NCBI GenBank assembly: GCA_951406725.2
Contig: OX597827.1
Location: 50,716,001-50,780,000, forward strand
Origin: Octopus vulgaris
Taxonomy: Eukaryota
Reading direction: 5' to 3'
Length of the DNA: 64,000 bases
Below, piece by piece: positions 54,620 to 64,000 of the stretch. The position numbers and the translations under genes are program-made. Each line of letters starts with the position of its first letter. Position 1 is the first letter of the stretch. Under the pieces are notes generated by a model. The model did not search any database. It was not told the DNA's origin and saw only the letters and a list, made by a program, of their open reading frames with translations.

Positions 54620-55688
54620 AATACTTTGAGTAGAGGATTACCTCCACCCTTCCTATTTCTTTACTATCCACAAGGGGCTAAACACAGAGGGGACAAACAA
54701 GAACAGACACACGGATTAAGTCGATTACAATGACCCCAGTGCGTAACTGGTACTTATTTAATCGACCCCGAAAGGATGAAAGGCAAAGTCGACCTCGGCG
54801 GAATTTGAACTCAGAACATAACGGCAGACGAAATACCGCTAAGCATTTCGCCCGGCGTGCTAACGTTTCTGCCAGCTCGCCGCCTTGATTACCTCCACCT
54901 TTCCTGCGCACACGGGAAAATTATCGCACTTGTAGGCTTCATCACTTCTGGTTGTTACACCTAGAGTACAAACGTGTCATGCACGCTCATCAGATTTTCG
55001 GTTTCACGCAGCAAGATGACCGAACGCATCGAACAGAGACCATAAACGCATGTACCATCATCAGTGACGATGGTCTTCGTGAAGTTTGAGTCATACTTTG
55101 CACAGTCTATCATGTCCTGAACTATTTCTACGTGAGTTTGTTTCTGCTGCTCCGCCAGTGCCTTGGGGAAGAAATTCGCCGACATTCTCCGCATGCACAA
55201 ATCCTCCGTTAAAATGGAATACATTGATACTGTTCTTATTTCTACTTCGTGTACAATTTCCCGTGTTGTTACTAGGCGGTTTTCCATGACAATTTGCTGA
55301 GATTCTCGATCGGCTCCTTGTTTCGGCTCCTGCTTCAGTGTGCCTTGCTCTCTACTGAGATGCGGCCATGTTTGATGCGTTTGTACTACTTCTTGATCTA
55401 AGACTGCATCTTCTGGATGGTATGAATTTGGGTATCATCAGGATTTTGGCAAAACTTGGTGTAATATTTCTACTTGATGCGTTCGGTGAAAACGAAAATC
55501 GGAGTGCGCAGTACACGTCTGTACTCTAGGCGTAACAGCCAGGAACTGACGCAGCCTACCAACGCGAAAGGTTTCATGTATGCGCAAGAAGGGTGGCGTC
55601 ACTTCTCACCCAAAGGATTTTTCCCACATGGTAAAATTCCTTTAGTTTTTGACGAAAAAAATATCGGGTACATTTTGAACGCACCCCG
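54620..55688 (-). mobile_element. Second mariner foldback derivative (5' end duplicated in inverted orientation), interrupted by a SINE
   Basis: ORF RLVTTREI...ILTEDLCMRRMSANFFPKAL...IVTDDGTCVYG. TIR CGGGGTGCGTTCAAAATGTACCCGA next to TA at 55689. Segment 54620-55035 (minus the SINE) is the inverted copy of 55473-55620, including MTERIEQR. Confidence 0.8.
54655..54886 (-). mobile_element. SINE family B, full length, 19-bp TSD
   Basis: GATTACCTCCACC(C/T)TTCCT at 54636-54654 and 54887-54905. Confidence 0.92.
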
Positions 55689-55730
55689 TATATTTGTGAA
55701 CATATGCGTTTATATATGTTAATATATATA

Positions 55731-55953
55731 TATTTCTTTATTGCCCACAAGGGGCTAAACATAGAGGGGACAAACAAGGACAGACAAAGGGATTAAGTCG
55801 ATTACATCGACTCCAGTGCGAAACTGGTATTTATTTATCAACCCCGAAAGGATGAAAGGCAAAGTCGACCTCGGCGGAATTTGAACTCAGAACGTAATGA
55901 CAGACGAAATACCGCTAAGCATTTCGCCTGGCGCGCTAACGTGTCTGCCAGCT
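55731..55953 (-). mobile_element. SINE family B
   Basis: Near-identical to 10424-10654, lacking a few 5' bases. Confidence 0.9.
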
Positions 55954-58042
55954 ACACATATATGTATCAGCGTATGTACGTGTATGTATGTATGCGCGCG
56001 CCTCTGTGTATTAGAAGTAGATTTCGAAAAATGAATATCACAAGTAATCGATAGGCCTAAAAATAGAAAATGTCAAAATATAATAGGAATACAATAGGAA
56101 TGCTTAAATCATTTATTGCATCTTTAGCCTTTTAATCTCTGCTCATGTAATATACTGAGATATATTTCAAATTACATCGCTAAATATCTGCAACTCTGCA
56201 CTGGATAATTAAAAAATATTAATTGAATGTTTGTGATTTCTACTTTAGTTAATTGTTTGTTTGTTTTTTAATGTGCTATAGTTATTTTATACGTTGTTTT
56301 ATTATTATAACGTGATAATTGCTTTATAGCAAGGTTTTCAAAGACCCGAATCAGTTATGCAAATTTCATTCTTGACTGAATTAACACATTTTCACAAGAG
56401 ACCTGGAAACTATTGTGTTTGTATTGTTTTGGAATGTGCTGAATTAAAATACGAAATCAATATAGTGTTGCTTAAGTGCAGAAGGTGAAGTAAGTAAATA
56501 TTTTAATGCTTGGCGGTATATGCAGCGTAAACCAGTTTAGAATTAAAATTATACGGTGTTACGGTTGACATAACAAAAAGAGGTCGTTTTTTTCTAATTT
56601 AGCCCCTAGCTCTAGCTTGACTGAGTAGATCTACGATCAAAGACTTCCCAGGTTTTATCTAGAACTACATTTTTAAAACTGCAGTGTATGATTAAAACTA
56701 TAGCACATGATTTGAAGGCTGTTAGATCTGGCAGGTCCACCGAACCCTTAATATCTTTATTCGTAGGTTTCTGAAGAAAAGTTATTGTTTAGCCCTTCAG
56801 GTCAGACGTGGTGAGGAAAGGGATTTCAACAATGATTACCCCATTCGAAAAACATCACCCCATACATCTTTCTCTAGATTGAGACTTGATCAGGATTTTA
56901 ATTGCTATGTTGAGGTTCAATGCGTTGGTTCGTGAAGATATCGACCTCCGTAATTAATAAACGAACTGCCTCATTAGGAGTAATATGAGTGGAATTAAAC
57001 CATGACCAAATAATTTGAGGAAAATTTGAAATATAATTCCGTGTTTTCATTCCATACTGTGATGAAAACTTGATAAGTTTCTCTGATAAGAATACAAACA
57101 GGGTCATTCCAGTGAAATTCAACAAGGATCTTTCGCGAAAGTTCTTAAATTTTCTTGAAATCTACAGCATTTGTTAATATCCACGAGAGGAATAATTTCT
57201 GAAAGTTTTGCCCCAGTCAGATCTTATGGACATTTAAAGTTTTAGTAAATTTCCGAAATCTTTGAAATATTGAATTTCCTTTATATTTTTGTGGGCCCAT
57301 CATTCCAAATAGCTTTGATACCATACTTTGGAAAGTATGTTTCTTTAATCCCCACTATCTCAAGTTCCCCAGATATTAATGATCAATTCTTTTAACTCAG
57401 CCGTGGAAAGAAAATTACAAAAATCTACGTCTTTGAGGCTATTTTTAATAAGAAAAATTAAATTTAGACAACTATTACTTAATAACGACAGTCGGTGAGC
57501 ACTCCATCTTCTCTAATCTTGCAGTAATGTCTAAAATCTAAACAGAATACATAAATCCACTAACTGAAAAGCCTGTTTTCTTGTGCGACGAAAGAAGGTA
57601 AAAAACAAGACAAAGTGAAAAATTTGTTTTGTTGTTGTTTTTTAATTTTTGACCCAGAATAACGTTTCATCACAAGATTGAAACTATATAAAACAATATA
57701 TATTCTAAATAGACCTAATGTTGAGTATAGAAATGTAAAATTACAGCATTTAAAACCACAGAAATATTAATGCTTAACACCTGAGTGTGGCTCAAAATGG
57801 AAATTCCCATTTTGGGGTTATAGTTCTGAGCCGCAAAAATGAATGCGCGACAATTAGAAAAACTAACAAACCTGAATATCTTCGACAATGACCTTTTGAC
57901 TATACACCAACAACATTTCGACACCCTGAAACTCTTAGAAACTCAGTCGGATATTGCAGTGTGTTCATGTTTGAATAAACCGGTTCACATCTCAAACTTG
58001 ATATAATTCATATGTGTGTGTGCGTGTGTGTTGTAATATTAT

Positions 58043-58422
58043 CTGGCTGAAACGTTAGCACGCCGGACGAAATGCGTAGCCGTATTTCGTCTGCCGTTAC
58101 GTTCTGAGTTCAAATTCCACCTTTCATCCTTTCGGGGTCGATAAATTAAGTACCAGTTACGCACTGGGGTCGATGTAATCGACTTAATCCGTTTGTCTGT
58201 CCTTTTTTGTCCCCTCCGTGTTTAGCCCGTTGTGGATAGTAAAGAAATAGGTATTTCATCTGCTGCTACGTTCCTGAGTTCAAATTCCGCCGAGGTCGAC
58301 TTTGCCTTTCATCCTTTCTGCGTCGATAAATTCAGTACCAGTTGTGTACTGGGATCGATCTAATCGACTGCACCCCGTCCAAAAATTTCGGGCTTTGTAC
58401 CTAGAGTAGAAAAGAATATTAT
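58043..58422 (+). mobile_element. Dimeric SINE family B carrying two tail types, 11-bp TSD
   Basis: Unit 1 ends AAAGAAATA at 58249; unit 2 restarts at GGTATTTC and ends in the other tail; AATATTATCTG at 58035-58045 and 58415-58425. Confidence 0.85.
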
Positions 58423-58694
58423 CTGTATCTCTTGTATTGACTAGACAATCGGATGTAGTTTTACACTGCTGATCACAATGCACGTCCAAATCTTTATTGA
58501 TTGCGCCCTTCTTTTCCATCTTGGCCTAGATCGTTTAACAAAATCCTCTTACAATGTTGTTAGAAAACAATAAATCCCAAGTGGCCGTACTCTGTATATA
58601 ACATTGAGATCTCTCTCATTGAAGAGGATATTGATCACCTAATTGAAATCTATCTTCCAATCTGTCTGTACATTATTCATCTGTGTGTATCTGT

Positions 58695-58955
58695 GTATGT
58701 ATGTATGTATGCATGCATGTATGCATGTATGTATGTATGTATGTATGTATGTATGTATGTATGTATGCATGCATGCATGTATGTATGTATGTATGTATGC
58801 GCATGCATGTATGTATGCATGTATGTATGTATGCATGCATGCATGTATGTATGTATGTATGTATGTATGCATGCATGTATGTATATATATATATATATAT
58901 GTGTGTGTATGTATGTATGTATGTATGCATGCATGCATGCATTTATGTATATATA

Positions 58956-58991
<36 letters not shown>

Positions 58992-59040
58992 TGTATGTAT
59001 GTATGTATGTATGTATGTATCTATGTATCTATGTATGTAT
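58695..59040. repeat. (TATG/CATG)n compound microsatellite
   Basis: Direct reading. Confidence 0.95.
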
Positions 59041-59511
59041 TTATATGTGTGAGTGTGTGCACAATTTTCATTCAGTAGGTGCAATTTGGCCAAAGTGCGG
59101 CTCAGCGATGATGCCTTCTTAACCTCAAAGCCATGTATGCAGTCATTTATTGCTGAAGTTTCTTATCATAGCCTGAAATTTTTATGATAAGAAACGTCAG
59201 TTATAAATGGTTACGTTCATGAATTGTTTAGAATATAGTGTTCGGGATTCCGCAACATATTGGGGAAAGCATTCTGCAATTTATTTCTTCTGTTGTCATA
59301 GTATAGAGTATCCTGACTGATTACTTTCAGCTTTTGAGGATAGAAACAACGCAGAATTCATCAATAAGTGAATCTTCTTGGAAAAGCTAACTAAATGCAT
59401 ATTCTTATCGTTGCTATTTGGTTTAATGCCATATGACAGTTTATTTTACCATTGATCAGGAACTATATTTAGCTACTAATAACTGAGAGAGAGATAGAAG
59501 GAGACACAGAC

Positions 59512-59557
<46 letters not shown>

Positions 59558-59658
59558 AGACGGGCTTTACAAAAATTGTAGTAGTATCAATAAAATCCCA
59601 TGACTTTACTGTATAATTGGGTACAGGATATCATGCTTAACACAATAAGCACAAAATA

Positions 59659-59669
59659 TAATAATAATG

Positions 59670-59733
<64 letters not shown>

Positions 59734-59765
59734 TAATAACAACAACAACAATAACAATAATAATG

Positions 59766-59821
<56 letters not shown>
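59659..59821. repeat. (TAA)n/(CAA)n microsatellite
   Basis: Direct reading. Confidence 0.95.
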
Positions 59822-60162
59822 CGATTAAAATTACACTCGTCATAAAAAAAGAAAAATTATTAGTATTTTAGAGGTCATACTTCTTCCTGAACTGGTAGAT
59901 TTTCTTTCTTATTATGAAACATCTGTTACTTATTTCTGATGAAGAAGATAACAGATCATGCAAAAGTGATCTGCATTCCATATATACTCAACTGATTTCT
60001 CTATTTAAAGTCCATCGAGTTGGATTTTGTTTCTCAGGTCTCCAAAGTACGCGTAGTTTTGTAATGATTGGTTTGTCCTTTACTAGCAAAGTATGTACTA
60101 TTGATCAATCGGTGAGACTGGGTTCAAGCAAACAGGCCTTATATTTATATTTTATTTAATTA

Positions 60163-60550
60163 CTAGCAGTATCGCCCGGCGTTGCTCGGGTTTGTTTCGA
60201 CCCGCTGGAATTGGAATTTTTGAAAAGTAAAACTTTTGCATTATGTAGCTTGTTATTCTCTTCAAGTGAACATTTTTCTGGTTGAAATACACCGAAAAGT
60301 GGCGACACAGCAGTGAAAAATTCGTAAAAAATAGGGATTTTCATAGAAAAAAGCACTTTTTTTATGTAAATAATTTTTGGTGTTAACATGGTCCGATTTG
60401 AATTTGATCTTCTACGGAAGGAAGAGCAACCCTTCTATCATACTCTCAATTTTGGTCAACTTGCGCCGCAGGGTCTCGGAGGAGATAGTGTTAGTTGAAG
60501 GCTACCAAACCTGGCGCATACAGACAACTTCAGCTTTATATAGAGAGAGA
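60163..60550 (-). mobile_element. Non-autonomous Helitron
   Basis: Minus strand A|TCTCTCTCTATATAAAGCTGAAGTTG...ACAAACCCGAGCAACGCCGGGCGATACTGCTAG|T. Confidence 0.9.
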
Positions 60551-60809
60551 TAACACACATTAATACACATACATACACACACACACATGTATGTATGGAT
60601 GTATGTATGTATATATGTACATCTGTCCACTTCTTGCCATATTTTTATCCTTCACGTCCTACACACACACACACCGACACACACACACACTCACACACAC
60701 ACACACACACGCACGCACGCACACACACACACACACACACACCTTAGCTTACAATTTTATTTCAACAATTGACACTGTCATATATGTATATGTTTGCGTG
60801 TCTATGTGT

Positions 60810-61338
60810 GTAAAGAGAAAGTGGGAGTAAGTGTGGTAATAGGCGGAGTAAAGCCTTTGAAGTGAGAGAGGGAAATCGTAAAATATTGAGTTTTCTCGAA
60901 TTTTGTTTAATTGGGGGTGAAATTGAAATAAATTTACATGCCATGACCGAATGGAATGTACTTGGAAAAATCATAGGTAAACTCCAATTGAAGAAATTGT
61001 GTGAGGAGTAAATCATTATGTATTTTTTGTTTCTGTTTGCTCTGTATTTTTTTGAGTAGTGGTTTAAGGTACACTTGTAAAGAGAAAGTAGGAGAAATTA
61101 TGGTAATAGCATGAGTGAAGCAGTTGAAATTAGAGAGGCAAATCGTAAAATATTTACTTTTCTCGAATTTTTGCTTAATTGGGGGTGAAATTGAAAAAAA
61201 CTTTATATGCCATGACCCAATCGAATCTACTTGTAAATATCGTAGTTAAATTCCAATTGAAGAAATTCTATATTGTAGAATTGTATTAAAAAGGAACATG
61301 GGAACAGGCAGAGAAAATCTGCCTTTTATCATAAGAGA
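60810..61338 (-). mobile_element. Helitron-like 5' portion with a ~267-bp-period tandem duplication
   Basis: 60812-60998 is repeated at 61079-61267 (AAATCGTAAAATATT, TTAATTGGGGGTGAAATTGAAA, CCAATTGAAGAAATT); minus 5' end A|TCTCTTATGATAAAAGGC. Confidence 0.6.
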
Positions 61339-61811
61339 TTTATTATTCATTTATTTAGTTATTCATTTAATTATCTATTTCTTTATATATTTATTTTGCA
61401 CGTTTAAAATTCTTTGTCATTAATTTTCCCCTCTATTCAATACCGTACTGATGTAGAGGTCGGTTAGCTTGTTGCTTCAAGGGTTAATAAAACCTTACTT
61501 TGATTTACTGGCAACACTAGTCGTTTCCATTGTCACATTGTCACCACTTCAAAGAGATACATGCGACAGATGTTTGCAGTCTCCAAGGTATTACTGTCAA
61601 GGAAAGTATCGGTAACAATGGCGACCCAGCTTAACGAGTAACTCGAAGCGTAAAGAAAACATGTCATCTCGCCTGGACATTTGTCATTGTCAAGTCCAGT
61701 GGGCTTTACAGATATTCTTGCACAAGCCGCGGGTCCTTTGATTATATAAATCATTTCATCTGACAGCGTCATCTCTGAAGGCACCAGCGACCATTCTAGG
61801 ACACAAAGAGG

Positions 61812-62127
61812 TCATCATCATTGTTCGATCGTGGTCGAGACAATGGAACTTACTGTGCTACGCCAGACGTCACGGTTCATCATAGCATTACGGAGGTCCT
61901 GTTGCTGGATGCCTGTATCCCTGTAGATTACATCAGGGTAGGAGAGTGTGCGCCCTCTGGTATCACGAGCAGATGGCTTCCAGAGGAGAAGAGTAGAAAT
62001 TACCTCGTTTTCAGCTCTACAACAATGTCCAGCAAACTGGACTCTTCTACCTTTTCACAAGGGATGATACAGGTGGTAACTTCCCGTATATTTGTACTTT
62101 GGTTGGATAACGCTTCCACGAGGTAAC
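61812..62127 (-). mobile_element. RTE-type LINE 3' end, same family as 25525-25933
   Basis: Reverse complement of the 25.6-25.9 kb sequence, including the (TGA)n tail. Confidence 0.88.
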
Positions 62128-62640
62128 TGCATGATGTACCGGTCCACAGCACGCATGCAGCAGCCAACTCTGAAAGGTTTTGCTGATTTGCTTCTTGGCA
62201 AGCCCGCACTCCGCATATCTCTCAATGACCTTGAGTCTTTTCAAAAGGAATTACTTATATAAAAACGGGAGTGGCCTAATTGATAAAGAAACTAAAACAC
62301 TTCACTCTGATTTACTTAATAGCAAGACGGAATTTTATCTCGCTCCCAAATACTCTCACATGATCAAATCAACAACTTGTACGCTGAATTAGGCATGTAT
62401 GTGGTTGAGTATTCTATAAACACGTGTACTCTTAACGAAATTCTCAAACTCAGCATGATATACTGTGTGACAAAACTGGATCTTTGATTTACAAATACAA
62501 TCCTTCGGACAGGCTTATAAGCTAATTAGCAACTGACTGACAAGGTTTGGGTTGACCTGATACTGTAGTAAAATACTGTTGCTCAAGGTACTATATAGGG
62601 GCTCCGAATCTGGGTCCTTGTGATTGCGAAGCGAACTACT

Positions 62641-62750
62641 GAGCGTAGGCTCGAAACGTAAAAGACTTTCTCACCTTCCCGAGCGTTAAACTAATACACC
62701 TGCTTGTTGTTTATACACTTGTCTTCGACTTTTTTTTCTGTAAATTTCAG
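62641..62750 (+). mobile_element. Penelope-type terminal fragment beginning with half a hammerhead
   Basis: GAGC-GTAG-GCTC-GAAAC-GTA-AAAGAC gives stem II, GAAA and a cleavage triplet but lacks CTGA. The tail recurs inverted at about 27915-27975. Confidence 0.55.
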
Positions 62751-63053
62751 CTACTGAATTGTTAAGCCCATTCTATGTCTCTACTAAACACATACTCATT
62801 CTGACACACACATGCGAACATACCTACACACAATCTGTGATGATAAATGCTAAAACAAATTTCTGGATGTCAGTGTGTCAACTTTCACCCCTTCTTTCAC
62901 TATTTAATGACACTTCTACTCTTCTTGCTAGGATGAGAGTAATAGTAGGCATAGAGACGGTGAGGGCGGTAGTAGATTGACAGTTGAGATGGTAATGGGG
63001 TGATAGTAATAATATGAGCTGTAGTTGTGGTAGAGGCAGAGGTGACGTTGATG

Positions 63054-63119
63054 ATGGTGGTGGTGATGGTAGTGGTGGTGGTGGTGGTGGTGGTGGTGGT
63101 GGTGGTGGTGGTGGTGGTA
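63054..63119. repeat. (GGT)n microsatellite
   Basis: Direct reading. Confidence 0.95.
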
Positions 63120-63392
63120 GCTGAGGCGGTCAAGCATAACGGTGATAGTAAGGGATGTGAAAGACATTGGTGATGGTGGTGGAGGGAAAGGCGGCGAAGT
63201 CAAAGGTATTGATGGTGGTGGCCTCAAAAGTCTGAATGGTGTGTGTATGGCAGTTGTGATGGTGATTGTGGTTGTACAGAAAGAGAGAGAGAGGGGGGGA
63301 GAAAGAAAGAGCACAGTTCTATATTTAAGAGATGAGGAATTATGTACATTATTTACAATTGACGGATATTTGTCCTCATCTTGTTTGTTGTT

Positions 63393-63438
63393 AACACAAC
63401 GTTTCGGCTGAAATATACTCCAACCTTCATCAGATGTC
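63393..63438 (-). ncRNA. Minimal type I hammerhead ribozyme in a Penelope-like terminal repeat (about 63313-63486)
   Basis: Minus strand GACAT-CTGATGA-A-GGTTGG-AGTATATT-TCAGCC-GAAAC-GTT|GTGTT: intact core boxes, stem II, palindromic AACGTT stem III and a short stem I. Confidence 0.7.
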
Positions 63439-63498
63439 TTGGGGAAATTACGAACCTGGGTTCTCATTCCTAAGGTATTTTCGATGTTGTTGTTGTTG

Positions 63499-63559
<61 letters not shown>

Positions 63560-63560
<1 letters not shown>

Positions 63561-63776
63561 TTATGTTTGACTTTTGCTTTACATTTGTACAAGTTGGCTC
63601 CAAGTCTCACCCAGAAACCTCAAGAGACAAGTTGGAAGTTCATGTTGGTGTCATACCTAGGGTGCCATATATTTCGTTTTGTACATAGTGTTGTTCTAGT
63701 GAATGTTTAAGAAACCATAAGAAAATTATGTTTGTTTTAAAACTTGAGATTACATAGAAAATATTTTGCGTAGGAC
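63560..63776 (-). mobile_element. R4/Dong 3' end (same family as 52448-52668) abutting (TAA)n
   Basis: Reverse complement of TCCTACGCAAAATA...GGGTGAGACTTGGAGCCAAC...GCAAAAGTCAAACATA; (TTA)n at 63503-63559. Confidence 0.88.
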
Positions 63777-63846
63777 AGACAAACAGACAGACAGGCAGGC
63801 AGACAGACAAACATACAAACAGACAAACAGACAGACAGACAGACAT

Positions 63847-63940
<94 letters not shown>
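63773..63940. repeat. (GACA)n/(GATA)n microsatellite
   Basis: Direct reading. Confidence 0.95.
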
Positions 63941-63941
<1 letters not shown>

Positions 63942-64000
63942 CTCATACAGACAGATGATGTTGATAAGATAAACATCGATTTGTGAAACTAATATTGAAA

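Noticed and set aside
58639-59122. Cluster of long YVCM/HTYI ORFs, and similar ORFs throughout the window
   Set aside because: Translations of microsatellites.
59556-59660. Possible third Dong 3' end before (TAA)n
   Set aside because: Only a VRRAL-like peptide supports it, with no second copy in the window.

Overview
This is AT-rich, microsatellite-dense animal DNA with no prokaryotic features. Its SINE repertoire resembles that of Octopus, which I recognise from memory rather than from a search. It reads as a very long intron or an intergenic region, and I can confidently support no intact host protein-coding gene. Most ORFs in the track are translated microsatellites. The window is a mosaic of transposon remnants: R4/Dong-like REL LINEs tied to (TAA)n arrays, RTE fragments, a young GC-rich CR1 3' fragment nested in a Dong copy, Penelope-like pieces including a minimal hammerhead ribozyme, Helitrons, Tc1, two foldback mariner derivatives, Tigger/pogo, probable hAT and Gypsy relics, and at least four tRNA-derived SINE families. 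The main non-routine signals are a textbook-looking recursive (AG|GT) splice site at 48367/48368, a near-perfect 215-bp-arm inverted repeat at 9110-9588, head-to-head U2 snRNA fragments inside a Tigger, and a ~370-bp inverted pair bracketing a candidate exon. I found no clear new multi-gene system.
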